63,607 nucleotides of DNA, filler included, from Olpidium bornovanus S191 (GCA_017911155.1; 33 parts of 33 records of this genome joined end to end with filler, not necessarily neighbours in it), one strand, 5' to 3'; numbered from the whole stretch's first letter, positions 34,308 through 47,546 are shown. Notes: generated by a model not told the origin, from the sequence alone. Program-made: numbers and translations.

Positions 34308-35796
34308 TCAGGCCCTTGCCCGGAAGCATTGGGACTTCGATCCGAGCACGGCAGTTATGGATGTGAGCGAGCAAGTGGAAAACGTAGTAACGGGAACGCC
34401 AGTAGTATCCACAAGTGCGCTCATGATGTTGTTCTGATTGGCGCACCCAGAATCCTCGTCGTGGCTTCGGAGGGGAAAAAAGAAAATGGGCCAGAGGTTA
34501 GTCACGGCCGCAAAATGCAGCACAAGCTCTTGGGGCATCAGCGCGGGGCCGCGCTTCAGTTGCTTACTTTGCGCCAAACAAGTGGCCGATTTCATGGGCA
34601 AACGCCGTCGCCCAGGAGGCCTGAGGAAGATCTGAACCGTCCGGTCCCAGAGCCGTGGTGACACCAGTCGCGAACTTTCCAGTGCAAATTCCGCCGTCCT
34701 CGCCCGGTGCTGGATCGCCGACGAACGCCACACCAAGTGTAGCCCCGAAAGACCGCGCCGAGAACAGCATCGTGCTGCACAGGCCCCTGGACTGCGCTAC
34801 AGGAATGACGGCGTCGCTGTCCGTTGCTGCAGACAACTGATCGAGAACCAGGTCGATGTCTCCAACCTTGTTGATCCCGTTATCTCCAAGAACAACCTTG
34901 TCGGCAGTATCTAGGACCGCAACATCAATAGGCAGCGCGACATCAAAATTGCGTAGGTAGGTGGCCTGAATGTCATTCACGATAGAAGCCATTTGTTTGA
35001 CGGAGTCATTGCCAAACTTTGTAACGAACGTCGTGTCCGCGATGACGCCTAAGCCGCATTCTTTTCCCGCTGCTAGCGTAGCCTTGGCCTCTTGACGTTT
35101 CCAAAGGCCACCCCGGCGCAGTAGCCGGCTCCCCCGTGTCTCGGGAGCGCTCCGTTTTTCGAGAGGGGATGAGCGCTTTTTAAAGTCCCTGTCGTCATAG
35201 AGTACAGTAAGATTGGTGCCGTCCATCTTGTCGATGTGCACCAACTTGTTGCCGTCCGAATCAGAGAAAAACATTTGGCCGTTCAGGCCGGTCGGCCATA
35301 CGGTCAACGAGACGTATGAGTCTGGGTCGCCCTGAACGGTTCCCGTCATCAAATCATTCACGATGTCACTGGGAACACCCGTTGCGTTGCTGGGAAAAGT
35401 TTGTTAAAGATTTTAGCATTCCCAGTTGATATCAACCAAATTTGTCCCGGCGTTCCAACACGACAAAAGCACCAGCAAGTACCCTTTAAAAAGGGATCGA
35501 TTAATTGTCATTTCGAGGGTGACGTTCCCTGACGACATCGGAATAGTAAGCGGCTTCAAATCTTCGCGGTTCCCTAACGCAGCCTTCCAGTCGAGTTCGA
35601 CTGTCTCGTATTTAGTCACCCAAGCGTCCTGGGAGAGGAATTCGCTCAACAACGACAACAAAAGAAAACAAAAGCAGCCGCGAAACAACAATCCAGAGCG
35701 AGCGCTTACCAGTCTTTCAGGTGTGATTGCTCGTGCTTGACCGGCAAGCATTGCCAAAAATTCCATGACAGCGACGGACAGCCATAGAGCACGCAT
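34308..35796 (-). CDS. Secreted reprolysin-like (M12B, ADAM-type catalytic domain) zinc metalloprotease, apparently complete
   Basis: Signal peptide MRALWLSVAVMEFLAMLAGQARA; prodomain with KR/RR sites; KECGLGVIADTTF; spliced HEIGHLFGAN|HD zinc motif; Met-turn NNIMS; FSTCS; stop at 34308. Confidence 0.92.
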
Positions 35797-37486
35797 AGCG
35801 CACGCTAATTTCCAGGGGCAATGCTTTGATCAGAAATTTTTTGTGGAATATTTGGGGTGCGTACAGTTTGGTTTGCGTCGAGGGCGGGCCTTTAATACGA
35901 CGGTGGCCGACCTGGAGTGCTGTCCCCATCGGAGAATTCTCCGTGTGGGCTCCGCCGGCCACCAGCCGAAATTGGGCCAATCGCGAATTTAGATGATTGT
36001 CGCGGCCGCGTGGAAAACGAATCCGACGGCACTTCCCCTTTCCGCGTGGAGACTACGCTTGGAAGGGGTAAGCCGACTTTGTGGCGGACCCAAACAGGAG
36101 TCTACAGCGGGACGACGCGGGAAATAAAGCGGGGTGGTGGAGGGGAGAGAGTGTAGAAAAGGGGGCCGGAGCACGCATGGCACCGCGCACATCCAACCCC
36201 TGGACCCAGATTTCCCCCTGAATCCCTCAACCGGGTAGAATCGAGGAATAGTAGAGCCCCCGCGGCTCCTTTTTCAAACCAAAGTCAACAGGAGGGAGAA
36301 GGGTGGGGGGGGGGGGGGGGGGGGGGGGCGGTCAGGANNNNNNNNNNNNNNNNNNNNNNNNNNNNNNNNNNNNNNNNNNNNTTAATTAATTAANNNNNNN
36401 NNNNNNNNNNNNNNNNNNNNNNNNNNNNNNNNNNNNNCATGAAAAGGGAAACGAGGCCTCGGGACGCACACGGTCGCGACATAACCGTGGCATTCCTCTA
36501 TGCGTGGGTTCGTTTGGTTTTGAGTAGCGACACCCCACCGGGTGGTCGCGTCTTGCGTCGTCCTGTCAATACTGCCTGTCGCTGCCGTACGCAACATTGG
36601 TGCCTTCCGCGGCAAAGCTTCTGGCGATACTTGAAGAGGTCAAAAATAATGTCGGGTTCCTACATCGTTCTCCCGTGCGCGAGCGGCGCTCTTTTGTGGC
36701 GGCTGTTCCGCTGACGGCGCCGGGGTGCACTAAAAGGAAAAGCGCGGGGACTCTTTCTCTCTTACTCCTTCGTTCGGTAATCGCGAGCAGTAGTGTGCGG
36801 GAGGCCGAAAGGCACGAGATTTTGCGTGCCGCGGAGTGTCAAGAGGGGTGATGCGCTGCGCAGCGGTGAAATGCCCGGTCGGATCTCCTCGAACGACTGA
36901 AGCAAAAATGGGGGGTGGAATAGGGGGCGGCTTAATGGCGAAACGACGACAGACAGACAAGCGTCCTCGTGACTAAAGTTTATTGTCCTTGCAGTGCAGA
37001 CGAACCGACCAGGGAAAAAGGGGGTGACAGCAGCAGCATCCCAACGTCTCCCACCACCCTGCCGACGGCGACCAGACCCAAGGTCAAACGCAACGCCTTA
37101 CGCCTTAGCTCCGGAACCCTTAACATGGGGGCAAAAAAAAAAAAAAAAAGAAAAGCCTCTTCCCCCACTCAGCCCCCCTCGCCCCCTCCGTCCGTCGACC
37201 TGCCGAACGTAGAAAACTACCGGAACACAGACGGGGGATGGCGTTTTTTTTTTTTTTTTGTCCGAACACACGGGCTTGAAGAAAGGGCGACGCGTCTTTT
37301 GGAGGCGGGCCGGGATTCAGAAAACCTGCGGGGGAAAGGTGCATCATGGGACCTCATGGGAATTTTGAGGCCGATCCACTAAAACCGCCGCGGCGGAGGG
37401 GACGAAACAACGCCCGTTCGCGAACATGTCCCCGAGGATCAGGTTACGAATTACCACCACCACACAACCCGGACTCTTTTATTCAT

Positions 37487-37517
<31 letters not shown>

Positions 37518-37619
37518 GCGCGGCGCTCTTTTTTTTTTTTTTTTTTTTCTTTTTTCTAAAATGAGATTTCTGTTTTTTGTGAATAAGAGAAAGTTTTCCG
37601 GCGAACTGTGGCGCCGCCT

Positions 37620-37657
<38 letters not shown>

Positions 37658-38606
37658 CTTTTTTCTCTCTTCTTATTTTCTTAGATTTTTGTTGTTTTTT
37701 TTCCCATTTTTTTTCCTTTTTATTTTCCCCAATTTTTTCTTCTTGAATTCTTTTTTGTTTTTCTTTCTATAGCTACCTCGCTTTTCGGCCAAACAGTGAA
37801 CAGGAGGCGCCGCGCGGACTGCCCGGAACGGCTGCAGGTGCGTTGGTGCCGGCCCCCGAACGGAGCCGAACGCCGACGCCGATCGGCCTCCGTCCGTGGT
37901 CGGGAGGGCCTATGGGCGAAAGAAAAGTGACGACCCCGGCGAATGGGGCCGATCTGCGTCTATAAAAGAACATCAGTGTCGGTGGTGCGGCAATCCCCTC
38001 TCCCGGCGATCCCTCCCTCTACAAGGTGTTGTTTATTGTTTCGCGGCGGGTGCGGAAGGAAGGGTTCTACCGGGAGGATTTGCGTCTACGTTTGCTACGG
38101 CTGTCACGTGACGGCGCGCGGTACTCAACACCCCCCCGCGCCGGGGTGCTCCCATGAGCGCCCTGGCGTCCTCCGCGCGCAGTCGCCCATCCGTCACGGC
38201 GCGCAGACACCCATTTCCTTGGCGTGTTTCTCATGNNNNNNNNNNNNNNNNNNNNNNNNNNNNNNNNNNNNNNNNNNNNTTAATTAATTAANNNNNNNNN
38301 NNNNNNNNNNNNNNNNNNNNNNNNNNNNNNNNNNNCATGGAAAGGGCCTGAAGCCGACAGCGGTGCCGCAGTCAAAACACGACTTTCTTTTCTCTCCTCC
38401 GTCTTCACCGGGCACGCTGCGCGTCTGCGCTCCGCTCACTTCGCGCGCGCCCGGCCTCTCTTCTTCTTCTTTCGTGGCTCCGAAACAAGAATCGCTTCCT
38501 CCCCAGCGCCGGTGCAAAAATTTGCGCGGGGCGCGCGCGGTCGCGTTGTTTGGCCTTTTGCTGTCTCTGAAATTGCCAAGCGAGCAGAACCCGGGAAACG
38601 GAAGGA

Positions 38607-38670
<64 letters not shown>

Positions 38671-38673
38671 AAA

Positions 38674-40585
38674 ATGGCGCCGCGACTTCGGCCGGCCGCC
38701 GTCCCCAGCATGTCGCTACTGCTGAATGCACGAGCACCCCAGGGTCCAAGAGTTGCGGCGGAGTGGAGGCGACGGCTCGCATCAAAAGCAGTTGTGCGGG
38801 AGGGCGGGAAGGGTGAGCTCGCGGAGCAGTCGTCCGAGTCGAGCTTGGAATGCGGGGCCACGGAGAAACGCCTGTCGGGCACCGGAAGCCGCCCGGATAC
38901 ATCAAGCTTGAACGCCGAGATTCGACGCGTGTTCGATGAACCGGCGTACTGGAAACGGCACTATGTCACGGCGAAGACAGGGGTCCCAACGGGGCTGTTC
39001 GGGTACCCGGAGTTCAGCTCTCCTGAAGGGTGGAAGGATGCTACGCGAAGCACACTCCGGGTGGCAGAGAGCCTGGTGGGCCTTCTGGGATCTATGTCGG
39101 CCGAGGAGCAGGTCGCGCACTCTGCGACAGTGCTCAAGATCCTTGACCAACTAAGTGACACGCTTTGTCAAGTGCTGGACGCTGCGGAGCTAGTCCGCAC
39201 TGTGCACCCCGACGAGCGTGTCGTCGACGCAGCCGTGGAGGCAATGCACGACCTGACTACCTACATGAACCAGCTCAACACCCATACCGGCTTGTACGAG
39301 GTCGGTGGGCCCGGAACCCCGAGCGTTATGCGATGAGCGGTATGCTTGTATGGGGGCGTACCGAAACACGTACGCTTCTTGGACCGAATTCCCACACTCG
39401 CTTTGCATTGCAGGCCACGAAGCGCATCGTTGACGACCGAAAGGCGGCCGAGAAGTTGACTAAGGCCGAACAAGGAGTGGCGAAAATATTCCTGGCAGAT
39501 TTTGAGAAAAGCGGCATTCACCTCTCCGCCAGCCAGAGACGCCGCTTTGTCGACCTGTCGCAGCGTATCTTGATTCTCGGACAGTCCTTCCAAATTGGAG
39601 CGCATCCGGACTCAACCCACATCGTTGTCAGCCCTGCGACGAAGCTTGGCGGTCTTCCTGGCCAATTTCGCTCTTCCGTGGTGACCAGGAGCGGGCTCTT
39701 TGGCAGATCTGATTCAGCAAAAGTACCCCTCTCCATCGGCGGTGCCGTTCTCAAGCACGTCGAGGACGTGGAGGTGCGGCGGGACGTTTACAAGTCGCTG
39801 CACACGAGCAGTAAACAGCAGTTGGACACCCTGGAAGAGCTGTTGAGCACCAGAATGGAACTAGCAAAGCTGCTGGGGAAGCAGAGTTATGCGCATCTGT
39901 TCTTGACGGACAAGATGGTGCGGACACCAGGTGCGGTGATGTGGCGCATTCACGGGGAGTTAAACGAACGCGAAGGAGAGGAATTAGAGTTCACATTTGA
40001 AGGCAAAAGGAGTGCGAGAGCAAAACGAAGACTGACGCGTACCCGGAACTGCAGAAAACCTTGAGGGATTCCTTAACGAGATGATAACCCACCGGCGCCC
40101 GAGGGCTCTCGCAGATCTCGACGTTATCCGGAGATCAAAGCAGCGGGACTTGGGCACTGCTTCACTTCCGGCCCTCCACGGCTGGGATCGCGATTACTAT
40201 ACCAGGCTCGCGGTTGCGGAGCAGAGTGAGCGCACGGGCGGTGGCGTGTCGGCGGGGTACCTCTCTGAGTATTTTTCGATCGGAACGGTATTCGAGGGCC
40301 TGTCGCAGCTGTTCTCGCGGCTCTACGGCATCGCATTTGTGCCCGAGCCGGTGCGTCTTGGCGAGGTTTGGCACGAGGAGGTGCGCAAGTTTCTGGTTGT
40401 AGACGTCGGCGAGGACGGGAACCACAGTGCTGCCCGCCCGCGTGCTACCTTGTACTGCGACCTGTTCCACCGCCCTGGCAAGAATTGCGGCCCATCCCAT
40501 TACACAGTGCGTTGCTCCCGCCGCGTGGACGACGACGTACCTGTTGTCGGGGGCCCGGGAGTTGGAGTCGATCCCGGCGGGGGGG
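38674..40585 (+). CDS. OCT1: Mitochondrial intermediate peptidase (M3A), N-terminal part
   Basis: Arg-rich presequence, then TGLFGYPEFSSPEG, DQLSDTLCQVLDAAELVRTVHPD, MNQLNTHTGLY, FLADFEKSGIHL, WDRDYY, YFSIGTVFEGLSQLFSRLYGI, GEVWHEEVRK and YCDLFHRPGK. Confidence 0.96.
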
Positions 40586-41633
40586 NNNNNNNNNNNNNNN
40601 NNNNNNNNNNNNNNNNNNNNNNNNNNNNNTTAATTAATTAANNNNNNNNNNNNNNNNNNNNNNNNNNNNNNNNNNNNNNNNNNNNCATGTCACAGTTTGC
40701 CGCAGGGTCGAGCAGAAGTTGCGGCAGAATCCAAGAATTTACCACAAGATTCGATGCAGAATTAACGGCAGCATTCGAATTCGCCGAAAGGATTTGCAAA
40801 AGGATTCAAGTCAAGGACTCAGGATTTGGGTTAACTGTGACTATTCTCTAGCTTTCCGAAATTAAGAGGTGAACGCCAGGTTTACTTATAACACGATCGA
40901 CGCACCATTGCATCTGGTGCTGCGTTTGGTCGAAACCAGAATTCGGTGCACGCGGGACGCTGGCCGTCGTGAGCTCGTGAGACGCTAAGATGCCAAAGAC
41001 GGATTTCAGCACCGGGCAACCAGACGTTTCCTGTTCTTTTTTTTCTCTCTTTTTTTCGCTCATACACGTTGCAGCCTCAGGTAAACTCCACGGTTTATTC
41101 GCGGCAACCTGGAACCCCCTCCTTCGCACGGTCTGCATCTCCTCGCTTTCGCCGGGGACTCTCTGCAAACAATGCGTCAAATCAGATAAAGACCAGGTGT
41201 ACACTCACGAGGGGTTGCACCTGCCAGGGCTTAGTGTTAGGGTTACGGTGGTGTTCCCGGCGGAAGCAATCGACGCGTTGGTCACGTGAAATAACTTGGA
41301 CCCAGATCCTCAGTGATTGTTTAGGCTAGTCGAAAACAGGCTGTTTTTGGTCCGGCAACCTGGCACGTTCGCGGAGGAAATTGATTTACCTTTTTGAAAA
41401 ACTTTGCATATTTTGCCTTGGAAATGTAGGCGGGAGATGTTGAGGGGGGAAGGGGGAGTGGGGTTAGGAATAGACCGTACGTGCGCAACGCGACAAAAGA
41501 AAGCCCTACTGAAACAATCTACAAATTACGAAGAAAACCCCTTCTCCACCCCCCTTCAATATAAAGAATGTTTTGTTTTTTCGAGATATTGAGCTTCAAA
41601 TCGCCCTTTCACCCTCTTCCTTTAGCTGCAAAA

Positions 41634-41899
41634 CGGAGAGACTCCCCGTCCCACCGCGGACAAGTTTCCCCGAGGCAGAGGAGATCCCCGCCTGTCGACG
41701 CGTCGAACACGCTCTGACCGCCGCTCAGGCGGATGTCGGCGGGGCGCGGAAGCCCCTGCGGCGGCGGCGGCGGCGGCGGTGTTGCGCGCCCGGTTCCCTT
41801 GCACGGCTCGCGCTGCTGGCGATGGTCGCACTGCTGCTTGTCGCGGCCGCCGCCGGAAACGGGGACGGCTCCGCCCACCACTGGATCAACCACGACTAA
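41634..41899 (+). CDS. Possible terminal exon with a polybasic-CC motif and one transmembrane helix
   Basis: After cctttag|: ...KPLRRRRRRRCCAPGSLARLALLAMVALLLVAAAAGNG...*. Confidence 0.3.
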
Positions 41900-42477
41900 A
41901 GCAAAGAAGCCCTAAGCTCCTACGGCAACTACAGCAAAGATAAGAAGGACGTCAAGCAGTTGCGTTTTCGCCATCGCTTCGCGAGGGAAACCGCGGCGAA
42001 ATTTCGTCCGCAATTTTCCCTCCTGTTTCTACTCTATGATTCCGTAATCTGATAGGGATGAATGCGTGACTTCGAGCTAAACCTGAGATTGAAAAACCCC
42101 GACCTGCCCAAAAACTCACTGTTCTACAAAGATCAAGCAGAAGGCTGTGAACGTCTAATATTGTCCGCACGCGACGGTCGGCCACCAGGTTTAGATCTAT
42201 GTAGAGCAAAGCGGTCTAAAAAGCCCCCTCGCGAAACCGAGGCTTATATTACCGGTTCCGAGTTACCATTATTATTATTATCATTTTTATGTCAGCGACG
42301 GCGATCACACGTTGAATCGCCGCGAACTCCGACAAGCGTTTGTTGAATACGAAGCGGTCGGCGGCGAGGCGCCGCCGACTTTTGGTGAGATCAATGGTCC
42401 GCTGATGTTTTTTTTCTAAATCGCGCATTCGACAGATTTTGTGTGATCCCCGCGCATACGCTCCTTCCCCTCCGCCG

Positions 42478-42549
<72 letters not shown>

Positions 42550-43419
42550 NNNNNNNNNNNNNNNNNNNNNNNNNNNNNNNNNNNNNNNNNNNNTTAATTA
42601 ATTAANNNNNNNNNNNNNNNNNNNNNNNNNNNNNNNNNNNNNNNNNNNNTGTGGGAAAAGGAAAGACAGAGCCGCCTGGTGGGTCTGGTGAATGGCCGAC
42701 CAGACCCACGTCAGGGCCGCACCGCAAGTAAATTTTCGTGACTCTTTTTGGAACTAATAGGGGTCACATGCGTCAAAGGATGCCGGCCGGCAAGCCGTGA
42801 TTTCCCCTGTAAATCAATAATACCCTGCTGAGAAAACTTAGAGCTTAAGAAAGATGATGAACTGCTGCGGATGTGCACCGCAGATGGCCGGTAGAGACAA
42901 TGCGTGATGACGATGGAGATGATACATACTCCTTTAACTTCTCCGGTTCACCGGAACCATGAGACTGACCAACTCGCTTGCGGAAACTCAGCTTAACTTT
43001 TTGCTACCGTCCAAAATCCACAACATTCGATTCCTTCCATCGTGCTCTCAAGCAGCAGCGCTTGCCGCTGGGAGCTATATGATTTGTGAAGCCAGAGCCT
43101 AGCGGCTTGAGAATTAAACGCCCTCCCCCCTCCCCTTTCGCGAACGCGGAACTCAGAACTCAAAAGAATCGACAAATCATTATTCTTACAAGATGCCATG
43201 CCGTGGGAACACACCGTGGGTTCGCCCCGCTCTGCCTAAATGTCTGCCACTAAGATTACCGAACGAACGGTGACATGCCACACCTGTATAGCCAGTGCAA
43301 AAATATAACAAAAAAAAAAATAAAAATGCGGTGACTGCCATGGAACCCAATCGTCGGCGTCGACCTGGCTTCCGCCTAAAAGCGCGAGGTCGACTTCATA
43401 CACGACGGAAACGAGAAAC

Positions 43420-44496
43420 CTAAAGGGCGTTGACGACATTGATATCCGGCACAGCACCCCGGAGTATGAGGTAGTCCACGACCGACCATCGATTGCTCTC
43501 GACGGCGGCTCGGAGCGCCGCAGACGTCGGCTCGCCGGTGCCCGTCTCCAGCAGTTCCTGGACGACATCGAGATGGCCGGCCTTTGCCGCCTCGACCAGC
43601 GTCCGGCCGCCAAAGGCGGCAAGGTCGGCATGGGCGCGCAGCAGCGCGCGCACGGTGTTTACCATGCCCAGACTGGCTGCCTTAACGAGTGGGTACCCGC
43701 CCGCATTGTTTGGAGACGCACCGCGTTCCAGTAGGGCTATAATGAGCGACAGCGGGTGGTGATCCGGGGAGTCAAAGCCCAAAGAACCGGCTACGGCGTT
43801 GGCGAAGGGCCAGCAGGGGATCCGGGATCCGTCGAAAGAGATGCGACCAGCCGGCACCGGGTGTTGCCCGGCCGCCGCGCAACCTGGAACGGTTGGACTG
43901 GTGGCCTCCTGCGGTTGTCCACGGACAACCCTTTGGCCAGTCGTTGGCAACTCCAAAAGCGCGCCATCCTCGTACAGCTGCCCCGGCAGGGCTCTCTGCG
44001 TCCCGCTTCGACTCGTTCGCTCCAGCTCCCGCGCCCTGTATAATTCCAGAACGGCAAGGACGGCCACGTTGAAGAACCGGTAGGTGCAACCCCTCCTTGC
44101 CGCGAGCTTCGCGGTACAATAACGATGCAGGAGCCACTGAGCCCGCACGGCCGGGGAGAGCGAGATCGCATGGAACGTCCGCGCGACGTAAGCAAGCCGG
44201 GGGTTGGAGGCCAAAACGAAGATGCGGGAGAGGATCTCCAGCGGCAGCTCCACCAGCGGGACCGACAGACTCGCGGCAGCTGCTCCTCGAGAACGGGACT
44301 TCTTCAGCCGCTTGTCCGGAAGTGGTTCCGGAGTTTCACAGGAAACGGGAAATCTCCTTCGCCGCGCTCGAAATCCGACGCCACGCTCGGCCTGCCCCCG
44401 ATGCGGCGGTGTGGTTCGCAGCGCGTCGCCGACTTCGGCAGACGGGCCCGCCCGGCAGCACGACCGAGGGGAATCGAGCCCGCAGGAAGCACGCAT
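43420..44496 (-). CDS. F-box-like and ankyrin-repeat protein (start uncertain)
   Basis: LVELPLEILSRIFVLASNPRL (F-box-like); the C-terminal ankyrin repeats read LLERGASP...YPLVKAASLGMVNTVRALL...TLVEAAKAGHLDVVQELL...ALRAAVESNRWSVVDYLILRGA*. Confidence 0.8.
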   Translation of the reverse strand: MRASCGLDSPRSCCRAGPSAEVGDALRTTPPHRGQAERGVGFRARRRRFPVSCETPEPLPDKRLKKSRSRGAAAASLSVPLVELPLEILSRIFVLASNPRLAYVARTFHAISLSPAVRAQWLLHRYCTAKLAARRGCTYRFFNVAVLAVLELYRARELERTSRSGTQRALPGQLYEDGALLELPTTGQRVVRGQPQEATSPTVPGCAAAGQHPVPAGRISFDGSRIPCWPFANAVAGSLGFDSPDHHPLSLIIALLERGASPNNAGGYPLVKAASLGMVNTVRALLRAHADLAAFGGRTLVEAAKAGHLDVVQELLETGTGEPTSAALRAAVESNRWSVVDYLILRGAVPDINVVNAL

Positions 44497-44872
44497 GCTA
44501 CTTCCGGCTGCCGGCCCCGGTGGAGAAGGGCGAAGGGCTTGACGAGAAGGAGTCGCGAGGGCTCGCGGGCGCTCCCTTCCCGCGGTGGACACGGGCATTC
44601 GCTCAGTCTCTTCTTTTTTTTTTTTTTTTTTTTTTGGCTAAAGGGGGGATCTGCCCCTTTTCCCCGCCTTCCCATTAATGTAAAAAAAAAAAAAAAAGGA
44701 AAAAAAAAAAAAAAAAAAAAAAAANNNNNNNNNNNNNNNNNNNNNNNNNNNNNNNNNNNNNNNNNNNNTTAATTAATTAANNNNNNNNNNNNNNNNNNNN
44801 NNNNNNNNNNNNNNNNNNNNNNNNACGCTCAAATCGTCGACTGTAGGTGGAGGCGGGAGGGGGAAGCCTGAC

Positions 44873-45966
44873 TCAGGGAATTCCTTGGTCCAGGCTTCCG
44901 AAAGCTTTGTGCGCCGCAGAGCAGTGGTTGGTTCCCGTGTCCATGTCGATCGCGTAAGCCATATACAAGGCGTCGATCCTGCAAAGACGGATATCGTTCC
45001 CCGCGCCCCCCCCCCCCCGGAGCCAGAAAAACCCGTAAGTTAGGTTCGAAAAAAAAAACCGGATAACGGCGAAACGCGAGCGCGAGCGCCGAAATGCCTT
45101 TTTCCCGCTCACGTGTTTGTCAGAATGCGACCCCAGAAAACGCCGATGTACGCCGGCACCACCATCGCTACGACGCTGACAAACCATGCGTAGGGACTGT
45201 GGAGGGAGTGGGACGCGAAAAGGTACACGGTAACGGCGGACACCGAGGCCATCGTGAAAGCGAGGAGATAGAGGACCAGCCTCGTTATCAGGTCTAAAGA
45301 TGGGGATCATCGCACCGGCAGCCCAAGAGTCGAGTAGTCAGAAAAAACAACAAACAGGTGATTGGCCCGAGAGCGGAACAACGGCAACCCCCCGAAATGG
45401 GACTCTCGCGAGCGCTCACCTGTCACGAAGCCAGATATAAGGTTCCTTCGAAAGACCTTGGTCGCCTTTTGGGCGCTTTGGCAAAAGCTCTCCCCGGACA
45501 ACCCGACGTATATTAGGCAGTAATTGTTTATCGATTCGACGATCCCGTCAACAAATGCCGCCGCGATCGCGACAGCGCCCAGGACCGTCGAAGTTGCTCG
45601 ATGCTGTCGGAAGCGCTGAACCCAAGGTGCCCTCCGCTTGTCAACAAGCAGGATAGGCGGAACCGCAAAGAACGAGGAGACAATAAAGATAGGGAAGGAG
45701 AAAAAACATACTCGACGAACCGCTCCAATTATGAATTGTAGAAACTTTGAGCTGCCAAGCACCAGGCCGCCCAGACACACTGGACCCAGCAGAGTGGTGG
45801 CCGCCCGTCGGAAGGCAACGTGTGTCGGAGTGCGTTCAAAAGCGTACATCTCGATGTCGCGCGGCACGTCCGCAGGACGCTCTTCGGGCAGCTGATACAG
45901 AAATGATCCGTCCACAAGAGGCGCTGCGGCGTCGTCCGGTGCGTCGTTCCTGCGGTGTTGTACATG
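44873..45966 (-). CDS. Choline transporter-like (CTL/SLC44, Pns1 family) membrane protein, C-terminal exons
   Basis: AFRRAATTLLGPVCLGGLVL, INNYCLIYVGLSGESFCQSAQKATKVFRRNL, hydrophobic helices, and IDALYMAYAID. Confidence 0.88.
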
Positions 45967-46641
45967 NNNNNNNNNNNNNNNNNNNNNNNNNNNNNNNNNN
46001 NNNNNNNNNNTTAATTAATTAANNNNNNNNNNNNNNNNNNNNNNNNNNNNNNNNNNNNNNNNNNNNCATGTGTATGAGCCGTCCTCACGGGTGCCTTTGC
46101 CCCCCCACCGCTTCTAAAACTAAACTTCCAGCACCGGGGCCCTCCCGCCGGAAACCCGAACTCACCCAGACCACCCAGGTCAGCAAATTATCCCCCGCCG
46201 GCTGTTGCGTTCCCCGCTCCCTCCTTCCCCGTACCTCCCATCTTCGCCACCGCCATCTCCGCGGCCAAGCGGCGGCCAACCCTTGCCCGGGGAAATTCCG
46301 CGCCTTGCCGCCAGATCCCGAGCGGACGATAGGCAAGAGCAAAGGGCGCTTAAGGTGCGTGGAATCAGTTTTCGCCACTAGCCCGAGAACCAACCGGTTT
46401 TTTCCCTCACTGTCGACGGCCTTCGGGTTTCCCAGGGCGTTTCAGTGGGGCACAGTGGTTCGTCCGGGTCGCCTCCCGCGGGCCGGGTGCGGGTTGCGGG
46501 TTAATTCGGCGAGTTGCCATTTTCTGTTGTTGAAAAAGGATGGCATTTGAAACCCCCCCCCCCCCTTCGCCGCCCGTCGGTAACGTAATATAATTAGGTA
46601 CTCTTCGGTAAAAGGGCCTTCAATCTAACAATTGCTACCAG

Positions 46642-46860
46642 AAATACTCGACAGGTTGTGTATGAACGAGTACGGTAAGGTCGAGGTACCTGGCGCGTTC
46701 CTGTGAACAGCACGAGGACAAATTGGGCTTCCGGTGTATCCTTGCCTAATGTTGTGTCGGACCTGCTCGCGTTCGTCGCCGGCTGCTTGGTTCCAAATAG
46801 GGACTATTGTCCCGTTTCCAAATCGTTCGTTTTTAACTCCTTTTGGAACGTTCGCAAGGG
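46642..46860 (+). CDS. Two small exons of an unidentified gene
   Basis: ctaac branch site and ccag| acceptor, a 33-nt exon, a gtaagg...aatag intron, and a second exon ending |gtaaag; spliced reading EILDRLCMNEYGTIVPFPNRSFLTPFGTFAR. Confidence 0.35.
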
Positions 46861-47546
46861 TAAAGGAAATGGAAGATGACGCCGATCATTCATACCGGCG
46901 CGATTTCAGAACCAGAAGTTCCGTACACGGTCTACAAGTATTTCCGTCGCGGCCACAAACGCAATCCTCCGACCGTTCGCCCGCAATCCGTCTTCGTCAA
47001 ATGCAACGCGCCGCGCTTGGACGCCGGCTCGCGATCTGCGCTCGCCGCCAAGCGTTTCGTCGCTTTGTACGCAGCTGTTGGCTTTCAGTCGCACGTGCTG
47101 GATCCTTTAACTGGCGTCAGTCATGCCGGGCCGGTTTTGCTTGCATGACGCAGCTGCGAGAACCAAACTCCTCAGTTTTACAGAATAATGCGGATTCTGG
47201 ATCGGCAGCGCGCTGGTTCAACAGGCGTTATCGCCGTTTGACCGAGTCTCACACGTTGACAAAANNNNNNNNNNNNNNNNNNNNNNNNNNNNNNNNNNNN
47301 NNNNNNNNTTAATTAATTAANNNNNNNNNNNNNNNNNNNNNNNNNNNNNNNNNNNNNNNNNNNNACCGGCGGGGCCCCCCCCCCCCCCCCCCTTCCCCCC
47401 CCCTTTAAATCCCCCCCACCCCCCCCCCCCCCCCCACCCGCTGCCCTCCCGCCCGACGAGAGGACGCCGGCCTGTCGTCGGTGGCGGTGTTCCACACGAC
47501 GCAGTTCCTTAACAAAACGTGCGCGACTCGCACGCATTTGTTCCAG

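Noticed and set aside
36590-36640. IARSFAAEGTNV as a short-chain dehydrogenase fragment (minus strand)
   Set aside because: No upstream TGxxxGIG exon was found, and the opposite strand is equally protein-like.
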